Positions 47,506 through 58,158 of a stretch of 64,000 nucleotides of DNA are shown here, one piece after another. Position numbers and translations under genes: made by a program. The notes beneath the pieces are model-generated. The model saw nothing but the letters and a program-made list of their open reading frames with translations. It searched no databases and was not told the origin of the DNA. The number at the start of each line of letters is the position of its first letter. Positions within the stretch are counted from its first letter, which is position 1. The DNA comes from Mucilaginibacter sp. UBA5151 (GTDB lineage: Bacteria; Bacteroidota; Bacteroidia; Sphingobacteriales; Sphingobacteriaceae). Location of the stretch: positions 7,380 to 71,379 of the forward strand of contig DHXR01000052.1 of the NCBI GenBank assembly GCA_002413785.1, in the 5' to 3' direction.

Positions 47506-48735
47506 ATGCTGACCTCCTTTTTCCAATTATACAAACAAGCTTACAGTGGCCTTTCGCGGAATAGCTGGTATTTAAGCATAGTGATGCTCATTAACCGCAG
47601 CGGAACTATGGTAGTGCCATTTATGAGTATTTATTGCATACAAAAGCTGCATTTTGACATAAAACAGGCTGGTATAATTATGGCGCTGTTTGGCGCAGGG
47701 TCGGTAACAGGCGCATTTTTTGGCGGCAAATTAAGCGATAAGTTCGGCTTTTACGATCTGCAGGTTAGCGCTTTGTTAAGCGGTGGGCTGCTGTTCCTGA
47801 TTTTAGGGTACCAGCATACTTTTATACCGCTATGTATTGGCACGTTTATACTGAGTGTTTGTAATGATTCGTTCAGGCCGGCAAACTCGGCGGCCATAGC
47901 CCATTACAGCAGCCACGAAAACAAAACAAGGTCGTACTCCTTAAACCGGCTGGCGGTAAACCTGGGCTGGGCGGTTGGCGGCGCTATGGGCGGCTTCCTG
48001 GCGGCTATCAATTATCATTTATTGTTTTGGGTTGACGGCTGCACCAATATTGCGGCTGCATTACTCCTGTTAAAACTGATGCCAAGGGCCAACGTAATAA
48101 AAACCATAAAAAAGCGCGATAAAACTATCATCGCCGCTTCGCCTTACCACGACAAAATTTACCTGATCTTCCTATTGCTGGCTATGCTTTTCGCGATGTG
48201 TTTTTTCCAGTTTTTTATTATGCAGCCGGTTTTTTATAAAATACAATGGCATTTTAACGAGCGCTTTATCGGCTTTTTGCTGGCCCTTAACGGGATACTG
48301 ATCGTACTGATTGAAATGGTGCTGATACACAACATTGAAGGGAAAAGAAACGGTTTGATCTTTATCAGCACCGGCATTTTTATGTTAGGCGTCAGCTTTA
48401 TGCTGCTCAATATTGTGCGCCCTTCTGCAATTTCTGCTATTTTCATTGTTGTTTTGATCACTTTTAGCGAGATGGTAAGTATGCCCTTCATGAACGCATT
48501 CTGGATAAGCCGCACAACCGATTATAACCGGGGCGAATACGCAGCATTATATACCATGTCGTGGTCAGCAGCCCAGGTTATCGGGCCATTTGCCGGCGGC
48601 CAGGTAATTTTTTATGGCGGGTTCAGGATGTTATGGTGGCTGCTCGGCGCTGTAAGCATGCTTGCTTCGCTCGGCTACATCATCTTATACAGGGTGAATT
48701 TCCATCGTAAACAAAAAAGTGTTATACCTTCGTAG
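47506..48735 (+). CDS. MFS transporter
   Basis: About 12 hydrophobic segments; GGKLSDKFG motif A. Confidence 0.92.
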   Translation: MLTSFFQLYKQAYSGLSRNSWYLSIVMLINRSGTMVVPFMSIYCIQKLHFDIKQAGIIMALFGAGSVTGAFFGGKLSDKFGFYDLQVSALLSGGLLFLILGYQHTFIPLCIGTFILSVCNDSFRPANSAAIAHYSSHENKTRSYSLNRLAVNLGWAVGGAMGGFLAAINYHLLFWVDGCTNIAAALLLLKLMPRANVIKTIKKRDKTIIAASPYHDKIYLIFLLLAMLFAMCFFQFFIMQPVFYKIQWHFNERFIGFLLALNGILIVLIEMVLIHNIEGKRNGLIFISTGIFMLGVSFMLLNIVRPSAISAIFIVVLITFSEMVSMPFMNAFWISRTTDYNRGEYAALYTMSWSAAQVIGPFAGGQVIFYGGFRMLWWLLGAVSMLASLGYIILYRVNFHRKQKSVIPS

Positions 48736-48749
48736 TCATATCAACATAC

Positions 48750-49376
48750 ATGAAACAGGCTTTAATATTAGATCTCGACAATACTATCTATCCCGTAAGT
48801 TCCATCGCTGAACATTTGTTTGAACGTTTATTCTGGCTGCTCGACCAAACCGAAGACGGAACAAATTATGAGAAAATTAAGGATGCAAAAGATGAATTGA
48901 AAAGGCGCCCTTTCCATTTGGTGGCGGATAAGTACAATTTCGGGGAAGAGCTTACCGAAAAAGGGATTGACCTGTTAAAAAATATGGCTTACGATTTGCC
49001 TATGCAGCCTTTTGAAGATTACCGTTACATACAGTCGGCCAACATCCCGAAGTTTTTGGTTACCACCGGTTTTTCCAAATTACAGTGGAGTAAGGTTAAC
49101 ATGCTTGGGATCGGGAATGATTTTGCGGAGATCCATATTGTTGACCCGGAAACATCGCAACAAACAAAAAGAGAGGTATTCGCTGATATCATGAACAGGC
49201 ATTTTTATTCGACAGATGAGTTGCTGGTTGTTGGTGATGACCCCGAATCTGAAATAAAAGCCGCCGGGGAATTAGGTATAGATACCTTTTTATTCGATCC
49301 TGAAAACAAGCACCCCGGCGCAAATGCCACCTACAAATCGGTTAGCCTCAGGGATGTTTTGAACCATATTTCGTAG
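48750..49376 (+). CDS. HAD family hydrolase
   Basis: LDLDNT, LVTTG, VGDDPESEI. Confidence 0.9.
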   Translation: MKQALILDLDNTIYPVSSIAEHLFERLFWLLDQTEDGTNYEKIKDAKDELKRRPFHLVADKYNFGEELTEKGIDLLKNMAYDLPMQPFEDYRYIQSANIPKFLVTTGFSKLQWSKVNMLGIGNDFAEIHIVDPETSQQTKREVFADIMNRHFYSTDELLVVGDDPESEIKAAGELGIDTFLFDPENKHPGANATYKSVSLRDVLNHIS

Positions 49377-49591
49377 AGACGCAATACCCTGCGCCGTATG
49401 CTTGTGTGTACCAAAATATTATATTTTTGCCCGGCGGGCATTTGTTGGCCTTACGCATCACGCCGGTGTAATGTTCAACGCAGGGTCCGCTGCGAGATAC
49501 GGGAACCCTAAATATGCATCTATTATAATTTCGATTTTATCAAAAATTAACGATAAAAAGCATGGCGGCCTTTATAAACCCAGGCCCTACC

Positions 49592-50905
49592 CTATTTCGC
49601 CTTCAGCGAATCGGCCTTTAAGTACTTCATGTAATTAACCCGGCTAACCCTGATGGAACTATCAATATTGGTGCCTGCTGTGTAAAACTTCCTGTAGGCG
49701 TCAATCAAAGCAAAGGAATGATCAGCTTTGGCATTATCCATAAATTCCGAAAAGCCTTTGGCGTTAACTTTACTTAGCTTGAGGGTTGAGGGCAGGTTGA
49801 GGGTATCCGTCCAATCTAAAGCATCTTTAGTTTTATCCTTGGGTATGGCCACCAGATTGAGGTAGTAATTGGTCTCTTTTATAACCCGGCCATCGGTCCT
49901 GTTAAATTCAGCCACCTCAAAAGATGGGTTATTCCCGTGATTTGAACAAATAGAGGGCACGATGCGCATATACGACACGGGTTCATTTGCAATATTATAA
50001 AACACCCTGAAATCATTAAAATGGGTATGGGCGGCTATGCTGAGTTTAACTTTAGGCGCGTATTCAACCACTGTATTGATGAAAGTTTGGGTATAACCGG
50101 GATTCCAGAAGTTTGAATTGTTATAAACATTTGTTCCCGGCGGGATATGGGTTAGCAGCCATACATTTTTTGTTTTGGCATCCGCCAGATTGCTTTGCAG
50201 CCAGTTTAACATGGTAGCGGCCTGCGGGTAGTTTGTGCCGGCATTTAATAAAGCGCTGTTGTACACCATTATTTTTAAGTTGCCGGTTTCGGTAGTATAA
50301 TAACCCTGCGCCTTTAATTCATCAGCCGAAGGTTTCGGCAAATTGGGCGACCAGGCATCTGCAAAATCGTTGAAAAATGCGGCATCCTGCAAAGCATAAT
50401 CTTTCCCGTAAGTATCGTTGTTGCCCATTGCCGGGATAATGGTTACGCCGGGATAATACTCTTTAAACAGCCGGGCGATAAACCTGATACATTTCCTTTT
50501 CAAAACGGAATCCGCCGGTTTTGCACCGTGCCAGATGAAATCACCGGCAATAATGATAAAGGCCGGATGCGGCAGCCGCTTTTTCATGTTGTCCAAAGCG
50601 GACTTTAAAATACCATAGTTGGCATCCTGGTATAACAGGCTGGCATTTATCATCATCTGCGGATCCGAGCTTTCAAATGATTGCTTCCATTCCTCAAATG
50701 ATGCGTTCTGCAATTTTCTTTTTAATACCGTATCCCTGTGCGAACCGAATAAAGGATCAAAGTGAATATCAGATACGATCAGGCACTTTTTGACCGTCTC
50801 GTGCCTTTTTACCGTTTGGGAATAACAGGCAACAGCATAAAAAAAGGATAAGGCGATCAGCAAACCGGGGATCACTTTGAAAAAATGGTTTTTAATATTT
50901 TTCAT
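49592..50905 (-). CDS. Secreted metallophosphoesterase, acid-sphingomyelinase-like
   Basis: SDIHFD, AGDFIWH, GNND, THIPPG, AHTH; signal peptide. Confidence 0.85.
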   Translation of the reverse strand: MKNIKNHFFKVIPGLLIALSFFYAVACYSQTVKRHETVKKCLIVSDIHFDPLFGSHRDTVLKRKLQNASFEEWKQSFESSDPQMMINASLLYQDANYGILKSALDNMKKRLPHPAFIIIAGDFIWHGAKPADSVLKRKCIRFIARLFKEYYPGVTIIPAMGNNDTYGKDYALQDAAFFNDFADAWSPNLPKPSADELKAQGYYTTETGNLKIMVYNSALLNAGTNYPQAATMLNWLQSNLADAKTKNVWLLTHIPPGTNVYNNSNFWNPGYTQTFINTVVEYAPKVKLSIAAHTHFNDFRVFYNIANEPVSYMRIVPSICSNHGNNPSFEVAEFNRTDGRVIKETNYYLNLVAIPKDKTKDALDWTDTLNLPSTLKLSKVNAKGFSEFMDNAKADHSFALIDAYRKFYTAGTNIDSSIRVSRVNYMKYLKADSLKAK

Positions 50906-51021
50906 AAAATAAAAAGCCGCATAACGCGGCTCTAAATTTCGTCATAAAATTCATAAAAATGGGGCATTGTTTGAAAGACTTAGCTTATAAAACTTAAGGC
51001 CGCCTCGTGAATTGTGGATTG

Positions 51022-51210
51022 TTATGCCTTGTTATAGTTTTCGGGCGGGGTAGAAACAATCTCACCAAATTCATTAACATAAGCCAGTTCCATATCGCCA
51101 CCGGTAGAATTTTGCTGGCGGTCAAGCTTGCGTTGCTCTTTATCTTCTTTCTTCTTCTGCTTGTTTTTTTCGAGTTGCTTCTTCATGAAGGTCGCCTGTG
51201 ATTTTGCCAT
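51022..51210 (-). CDS. Small basic protein homologous to the N-terminus of the CSD protein at 21085
   Basis: MAKSQATFMKKQLEK...LAYVNEFGEIVSTPP versus MARSTETFSKKEKEK...MAYIDEHGNITSTPP. Confidence 0.75.
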   Translation of the reverse strand: MAKSQATFMKKQLEKNKQKKKEDKEQRKLDRQQNSTGGDMELAYVNEFGEIVSTPPENYNKA

Positions 51211-51540
51211 GATGCTGATATTAAGTGAGATGGCCGCGGGCAAAATATGCTGTTCCGGGCCGGGCGGCCTGGATGTGTATCAAACAAGCCTTGAATTAAC
51301 GCAAAGGTAACAAAAATATGTAATCAGGGCCTTTTTTAAACCATCTTTCGGCGGGGAAATCGCTTTTGAAATTTATACCGGCTTTTTCTATATCCAATAC
51401 GTTGAACCCAAAGATGTTCGAAAACTTTTTTTTACCCTCTTTGCCGATTTCGGCAGAGAGGGTAGCTGCAATTTTTTTCATATTTCTAACACTCAAAGTC
51501 TGAAACCTTATGGGAAAACCAACTGATTTTTCTAAAAAGC

Positions 51541-52171
51541 CTTCCGGCAGATCCGCTGGGCAGGTTGTTCTCCACAGTGGCATACGCCCGGCAAATAATC
51601 TTTTCGGAAGAGGAAAATGCGCTGCATGCTATTGACCAGGTAAGCGCCATTCATAAAAATGTGGAAAAAAACCGTGGTGCCAAAACACCAGATTGGGCCC
51701 ACCGTGATGTATTATTTTTACTGATTGGTTATTCAATAAGCTCGTACGAACTATTGTACCGAAGACTTAGCGATGAAGAAAAAACTGAAATTTTTGATGT
51801 TTTTTACCGTGTTGGCCTGCGTATGAAACTGGCCGGCTTATCCAAAACCTTCCGTGAATGGGAGGCGATGCGGGAGGCGCATTTACAGGAAAATCCCGCC
51901 AACAGCTCATTTACCGCCGACCTGTACCTTCAATATAAAAAGCACCTTGGCCGGGCAAGGTTTGCCTTATTGAAACAGGTACAATTGCAACTCGTCCCGG
52001 TAACGGTAAAAAAATCGCTGCCCATCGGCGGGATACCGTGGTTGATACCTTTGCTGTGGCTTTATAAACCCTTCAGGTATATGAAACTTGATGCGATGTT
52101 GAAAAATATATTGCTGCCCCCGGGCGTATAAAGCGCAAATAAAAGCACTGGAGAGTGATTTTGGCGGTTAA
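51541..52171 (+). pseudogene. MpaB/DUF2236-like oxygenase, 5'-truncated and 3'-frameshifted
   Basis: LPADPLGRLFSTVAYAR with no proper upstream start; an extra G near 52122 shifts PP-AYKAQIKALE out of frame. Confidence 0.7.
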
Positions 52172-52278
52172 TTCCGAACCTTAACAACAAAATCCGGCTT
52201 AAGTATATCGGATGCTTTGTACGCATCAATAAACTTAAGCCGGGACTGTTAAGTATTAAATCTTAAATATAAAACAAC

Positions 52279-52488
52279 CTACCAGCCAGAGCCTTTTTTA
52301 GCGTTGCCATTTTTTATGTGCTCTTCCGCAGTGGCTTTTCCCATAATAGCAGCCATTTTATTGCCTGCGCCATCGGTTCCTGTTGCAATGTACCTGCCTG
52401 ATTTGATATCAATAACAGGGTCGATCATTGGTACGTTCTTTGTTTTTGTTTTTACTGAATAAGCAGTAATACCGTTTGTTGTTGCCAT
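52279..52488 (-). CDS. Small DUF5679-like protein lacking Cys
   Basis: AYSVKTK...M.D......G.Y.A.G.DG.GNKM..IM. Confidence 0.7.
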   Translation of the reverse strand: MATTNGITAYSVKTKTKNVPMIDPVIDIKSGRYIATGTDGAGNKMAAIMGKATAEEHIKNGNAKKGSGW

Positions 52489-52960
52489 GATAAGTCTTTT
52501 GTTTTTTTAGTTAACCCCCTGTCGGGGAAATTGTTTTTACAGATTGGTTTTAACCTGTTATTTTTTATTAAAATTAATAATCCATAACACATCGGCAAGA
52601 TATATAATTATGCTTAACAAACAAGCAGGATTATTTATTTGTTATTAACACATTATTGAATTAAAATTAGCACCAATCGGGGTAAAGATACGGGCACATA
52701 TTTAAGGTGAATCAAGAGCCAAGAGTCAAGAACCAAGAGTTAAGAAAAAGACAGCCGGGTTGAAGAAATTGACCAAAATGGAACAATTTAAGCAAACCTG
52801 TCAGCACAGTACTTTAAACTGCGTTGCTCTTTACTTTTTATCTTGATTCCTGGCTCTAATATCTTGACTTTTGATTCGCATATTTTATTAAAATTTGGAA
52901 CTATTAACATTAAGTGGTAGTTTAACCTTATTAAATTATAGCATACAAAAACAACAAATA

Positions 52961-53158
52961 ATGAGAAACAGGGATTCAAGTATTTTATACCTTTTATTAG
53001 GGATTTACGCATTAATGATAAACTGGCATCAAAACCATAACCTCATTCTGCTTTTGATCAGTTACATTTTTTGGCCGCTGTACCTTATTTACGAATTGCT
53101 TACCGGCCAGCTTGCCCATGGCATGTGGAAAGAGATCCCATTATCCTACTTTAAATAA
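52961..53158 (+). CDS. Small membrane protein
   Basis: 65 aa with two hydrophobic segments; A-rich leader before ATG 52961. Confidence 0.6.
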   Translation: MRNRDSSILYLLLGIYALMINWHQNHNLILLLISYIFWPLYLIYELLTGQLAHGMWKEIPLSYFK

Positions 53159-53272
53159 AGCATTGGGATTATTTCGCGTGATGATTGCGGATGAATGTTA
53201 AATTGTGTAAAAAATCCAATATCTATTATATTAATCTTAGGTAAAAGTCGTTCTTTTGCTAAATAAACATAT

Positions 53273-53824
53273 ATGAAGAAAATTTCACTTATTGCTACCT
53301 TGTTATTAGCAGTTTTAATACTGCAAAAATGCACCAAAGATACAGTTTCAGCATCAGCCCAGTCAAACACTTTACTTTTCGCAGTTATTAATGACACCAC
53401 ATGGAACGCGGTTACAGTGAACGCTTCGATTACTTATAATTCTGCATCAAAAACTAAAGTACTCGCATGTACTGCCATAGGCGCTAATAAAGAAGTGAAT
53501 TTTTCAGTTACGCAAACATACAATGCAATAAATACTACCGGCTTTCCATTAAGCACCTTTAATGCTGACGTGGCCGGAAATAATACATTTTCCTATCTCA
53601 CTAACGGGTCCGGTGGCTACACACAACAGGGAACCGTTGCCCCGGGATCAGGTACGGTAATTGTAAGTGCCATTGATTCGGTAAAAAAGGTAATTACCGG
53701 TACATTTTCATTCCTGGCAAAACAAAACAATTACGACAGCAACGGTAATATCGTTTCCATCACAATTTCGGGAGTACAGGCTGGTTCATTTAACAACATG
53801 CCTTATACCTTTATCAGTAAGTAA
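53273..53824 (+). CDS. DUF6252-like lipoprotein
   Basis: LQKC lipobox; AVINDTTWNA, ISGTFSF-like ITGTFSF. Confidence 0.7.
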   Translation: MKKISLIATLLLAVLILQKCTKDTVSASAQSNTLLFAVINDTTWNAVTVNASITYNSASKTKVLACTAIGANKEVNFSVTQTYNAINTTGFPLSTFNADVAGNNTFSYLTNGSGGYTQQGTVAPGSGTVIVSAIDSVKKVITGTFSFLAKQNNYDSNGNIVSITISGVQAGSFNNMPYTFISK

Positions 53825-53899
53825 ACTGAGGCTGGCGGCGATACGGGAATCACGAAGTTTTGACGCCTCCGTGATTCTCATTTTCATATTTCCCTCTGG

Positions 53900-56497
53900 T
53901 TACCGGTGCAAACAGTTAGCCACCAGCCCTGTCCAGCCGGTTTGGTGGGATGCGCCTACTCCCCTGCCAGTATCGCCGTCAAAATATTCATGAAACAAAA
54001 TATAATCTTTAAAATCAGGATCATTTTGCATTTTACTGTAATGGCCAAATACAGCCCGTTTACCCCCGGCATCGCGTAAAAATAAGTTCGACACCCTTTT
54101 ATACAACTCGTCCGCCACCTGCTGCAGGTTCATAAAATTGCCTGATCCTGTCGGACATTCAATTTTATAATCATCGCCATAGTACTGGTGGAATTGATGG
54201 AGGCTTTCAATCAGCAGGTAATTCATGGGCATCCATACCGGGCCGCGCCAGTTGCTGTTGCCGCCAAACAGGCCGCTGTCGCTTTCCGCTGGGGTATATT
54301 TAATACTGAATTCAATACCGTCAACCTTTACGTGGTAAGGGTTATTTAGGTGATACTTTGAAACTGAGCGGATTCCATAGTCACTCAAAAACTCATTTTC
54401 GTCAAGCATATACTTAAGCAGCGATTTTATGCGGTAGCCGCGGAGTAAACTTATCAGGTGTTTGCCCGGCCCTTTCGTTTCAGACCAGCGGGAAACCAGC
54501 GAGGCCAGGTCGGGGCGATTTTCGGCAAACCAGTTCATCCTGTCCCTGAATATGGGATTTTCGGTTATATCGCTTTCATCAAGCACTTCGGCAGCAAATA
54601 AAGGTATTAAACCTACGATGCTCCTGATGCGCATTTTTTGTGTACTGCCGTCCGGCAAACGAATCTGGTCATAAAAAAAACCATCGGTATCGTCCCACAA
54701 GCCCTCCTTATCCTGTCCCAGGTTCGAAATAGCGCCGGCAATATAGATAAAGTGTTCAAAAAACTTGGAGGCAATATCATTATATGCCTTATTGGTTATG
54801 GCAAGCTCCGCCGCTATCCGCAATAAATTCAATGAATACATGGCCATCCAACTGGTGCCGTCGGCCTGTTCCAGGGTTTCGCCCCCTGACAGCTTCGTAT
54901 TCCTGTCGAATACGCCTATGTTATCAAGCCCTAAAAAACCGCCTTCAAAAATATTATTCCCAAGGTCATCTTTGCGGTTTACCCACCATGTAAAATTGAG
55001 CATCAGTTTATGAAATATGCGCTCTAAAAAATAGGTGTCGCCCTTGCCGTTATTGGCCGCTTTATCCTGCTGATAAATTTTCCAGGTTATCATACCATGT
55101 ACCGGCGGGTTGGCATCGCCAAAGTCCCATTCGTATGCCGGCAATTGACCGTTGGGGTGCATATACCAATCCCTGATCAACAAGGTAAGCTGGCTTTTTG
55201 CGAAAGCCATATCCACGGTCGCCAGCGGCAAACAATGAAAAGCAAGGTCCCATGAAGCAAACCAGGGGTATTCCCATTTATCGGGCATGGAAATAATATC
55301 CATTGTATTCAAATGCATCCATTTTGCATTCCTGCCCTCAAGTCTTTCTGTAGGGGGCTCCGGTTCCGAGGGGTCGCCATCTAACCACCGGCGTATATCG
55401 TAATAATAAAATTGCTTGCTCCACAACATGCCCGCAAAAGCCTGGCGCTGCACCAGGCGGCGATCTGCATCATTGTTACCCTGTTGAATATCGTCATAAA
55501 ACTGACCGGCTTCGGCAGCCCTGGCGTCAAACAGTTGGTCAAAATCACCAAAGCCATTTGTAGCGTCTTTTGATAACCTTAAACGCAGGGTAACACTTTG
55601 TTTTGCAGGTACTATAATGTCATAATTTGCACAGGCCTTAGTACCCGTTTTCCGGTGGTTTATTGTATCAGCGCCATGCACGATACGATCATTTATGCCA
55701 TCTTTAAAAAACGGCCTGCCGTCATCATAATTATACAAACGTTTGGTATTGGTTTCGTTGTCGCAAAAAAGCAGTTCCGGAGAGTTTTCAGCATTTAGCC
55801 AAAACTGACCCAGGTCTTTATGATAAATTTCAATTACCCCATGCGAATCAGCGGTCAGCAGGGGCTGATAATCCGAATATCCCCATGCCCATGTATTACG
55901 GAACCAAACCGTCGGCAACACATTTACTGCGGCGTCAACAGCGCCCCTGTTATGCACAGTTATTTTTACCAGTATATCTTCCGGGGTGTTTTTGGCGTAC
56001 TCAACAAATACATCAAAATAAGCGTCCTGATCAAACAAGCCGGTATCTATCAGTTCAAATTCAGGATCATTACGACCCCTTCTTTTATTTTCATCAAGCA
56101 GCCATGCATAAGGGTATTCATTTTGCGGGTATTTATACAGCATTTTCTGATACGAATGTGTTGGAGTATTATCAAGATAATAATACAGCTCCTTAACATC
56201 TTCGCCATGGTTTCCCTCGGGGTTGCTGAGCCCGAAATAACGCTCCTTAATCAGGGGATCTTTTTTATTCCATAAAGCAAGGGCAAAGCAAAGTAACTGC
56301 TCATGATCACTTATCCCTGCAATACCCTCCTCGCCCCAGCGGTAGGCTTTGCTGCGGGCCATCTCATGGGTTACGCAATTCCAGGCGTCGCCATCGGCGC
56401 TGTAATCTTCCCTTACCGTTCCCCACTGCCGGTCGCTTACATAAGGGCCCCATTTTTTCCAGGTTGGGTCTTTTAGTCGGGTTTGTTCTGCGTTCAT
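53900..56497 (-). CDS. GH63/MGH1-like glucosidase
   Basis: WGPYVSDRQWGTVREDYS, MPDKWEYPWFASWD, NWRGPVW, GASHQTGWT; ATG 56497 preferred. Confidence 0.9.
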   Translation of the reverse strand: MNAEQTRLKDPTWKKWGPYVSDRQWGTVREDYSADGDAWNCVTHEMARSKAYRWGEEGIAGISDHEQLLCFALALWNKKDPLIKERYFGLSNPEGNHGEDVKELYYYLDNTPTHSYQKMLYKYPQNEYPYAWLLDENKRRGRNDPEFELIDTGLFDQDAYFDVFVEYAKNTPEDILVKITVHNRGAVDAAVNVLPTVWFRNTWAWGYSDYQPLLTADSHGVIEIYHKDLGQFWLNAENSPELLFCDNETNTKRLYNYDDGRPFFKDGINDRIVHGADTINHRKTGTKACANYDIIVPAKQSVTLRLRLSKDATNGFGDFDQLFDARAAEAGQFYDDIQQGNNDADRRLVQRQAFAGMLWSKQFYYYDIRRWLDGDPSEPEPPTERLEGRNAKWMHLNTMDIISMPDKWEYPWFASWDLAFHCLPLATVDMAFAKSQLTLLIRDWYMHPNGQLPAYEWDFGDANPPVHGMITWKIYQQDKAANNGKGDTYFLERIFHKLMLNFTWWVNRKDDLGNNIFEGGFLGLDNIGVFDRNTKLSGGETLEQADGTSWMAMYSLNLLRIAAELAITNKAYNDIASKFFEHFIYIAGAISNLGQDKEGLWDDTDGFFYDQIRLPDGSTQKMRIRSIVGLIPLFAAEVLDESDITENPIFRDRMNWFAENRPDLASLVSRWSETKGPGKHLISLLRGYRIKSLLKYMLDENEFLSDYGIRSVSKYHLNNPYHVKVDGIEFSIKYTPAESDSGLFGGNSNWRGPVWMPMNYLLIESLHQFHQYYGDDYKIECPTGSGNFMNLQQVADELYKRVSNLFLRDAGGKRAVFGHYSKMQNDPDFKDYILFHEYFDGDTGRGVGASHQTGWTGLVANCLHR

Positions 56498-56848
56498 AGG
56501 TTTTTTACAGGTAATTACACATAAGATCACGTTTCGTTGGAGACAACGCCGACAAAGACAAAAAGAGAAAAATCCGATAAGGTGCTTACTCAACGTTTGC
56601 GCTAACGTTCTCCTGCGTAAATCTCCGTAATCTTTGCGGTTATTTTATAAAAACTTAAAAGAGAAAGCAAAATCAGGCAATATGCTGCCTGCTTTCGGAT
56701 GGATCACCGAAAAAAAGCTTTATAACGCTTTGTATGGGTGAGCATTTCACCCCGATAGCTATCGGGAATCTTAAAAAAGACATTGTTATTATGATGATAA
56801 AATGTGTTTTTCTGGGGTTCCGAAGAGGCGTAGCCTCGATAAATATTA

Positions 56849-57009
56849 TAGCAACGGATTTTAATCCGTTGAAAAGATAATAAGGAAAACATCAAGAACC
56901 ATAGGTTCGACCCATATTAATACGACAACTAATAGCGATTAAAAATGAATCGTGCCTATGGCACTCTTATTATTAGGGTTCATGTTCAACGGGTTAAAAC
57001 CCGTTGCTA
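56849..57009. repeat. REPIN-like inverted doublet
   Basis: TAGCAACGGATTTTAATCCGTTG (56849-56871) and CAACGGGTTAAAACCCGTTGCTA (56987-57009); central GTGCCTATGGCAC palindrome. Confidence 0.8.
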
Positions 57010-57106
57010 CAAAATGTTTCGAGCCGAAGGATCTATAATTAAACGCTTACCCATACAAATCGTTATAGAACCAGCTATTTCTATAAGGGAATACGTCAAA
57101 ATAAAT

Positions 57107-57970
57107 TTACGATGCGTAAAAAGAAGCCTGGTTAAACCAGTTTAAATAGGGAAATATCAAAGTGGGCAGGCTATGATATATCTGTATTTTTTCAGGAAAT
57201 TTATCAAACATGCGTTCAAATGTCTGGTGCTTTTTTCCCACAAGCGCTGTCATCTTTATCTCTAATGTGTCCAAAACGGAATCGATGGAGGCTTTAATGT
57301 TTTTACTCTTTAAGTTTCTCAAAAACATTTTAAGGTAATTGGCCTTAACAGACACCACATCGCTTAATATTTCCTGTGCATACTTGTCATCCATATCGGG
57401 CAGGCCCGGGGCGGATATGTGAGTAACAAATAGCTGTGCATTAAAAACTTTTAAAAATTTCACTACTCCGAAATCACAATAACGAAGATCTGTTACATAA
57501 GCTATTTTCTTAAAGTAACTCAATTCAAAATTCTCCGGGATTATTAATACCGGACAGTTAATATTTTCGATCACCTTCAGGGCAAAATTTCCTGAATCAA
57601 TGTTTTTCAGATGATTTAGTTGCCTCTCGTCAATAATGATCATCCATACATTATTACGGACTACCATCTCAGCGATAGCGCGGGGGTTAAAACTGCCAAG
57701 CTCAAAACAACGGACCGCCGGAACGAAGGCGCTGTCGGGCTGTTTATTAATTTTTAGCTGCTGTGCTAATTCTGCTATATCAACATTATTATGCGTATCG
57801 GTTAATATATCTTCGTGGCCATGATGTACTAATACTTTTTTATTAACCTGGCTTGCTGCAACATTACACAAATGCAGGTTAGCCTTACATTGATTGGCGA
57901 TTTTTAAAGCCTTTTTTGCCAGGCCCTCTGCCTCCGCAACATTATCGATAAACAGCATTATATTTCTCAT
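57107..57970 (-). CDS. Universal stress protein-like (tandem USP fold)
   Basis: NINCPVLIIP, KKIAYVTDL. Confidence 0.7.
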   Translation of the reverse strand: MRNIMLFIDNVAEAEGLAKKALKIANQCKANLHLCNVAASQVNKKVLVHHGHEDILTDTHNNVDIAELAQQLKINKQPDSAFVPAVRCFELGSFNPRAIAEMVVRNNVWMIIIDERQLNHLKNIDSGNFALKVIENINCPVLIIPENFELSYFKKIAYVTDLRYCDFGVVKFLKVFNAQLFVTHISAPGLPDMDDKYAQEILSDVVSVKANYLKMFLRNLKSKNIKASIDSVLDTLEIKMTALVGKKHQTFERMFDKFPEKIQIYHSLPTLIFPYLNWFNQASFYAS

Positions 57971-58158
57971 AATATGACAGATTAATGCGTACTTTTAAAT
58001 ACAGCAGACCTAAAATTCAGAATAAATTAAGCAGGGGGGTGAAGATGTTCATTATTTCAAGTTTTAATTGAAATAAATATACAACCATTTAACTTATAGT
58101 TACTGATTTTATTGTAAAGAAATTTGTATAATAGGATAAAAATTCTGTTTAGCCCTTT

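Noticed and set aside
51296-51583. 95-aa minus-strand ORF
   Set aside because: No recognisable motif and it overlaps the DUF2236 remnant; cannot be supported, though a 61-aa version from ATG 51481 is not excluded.
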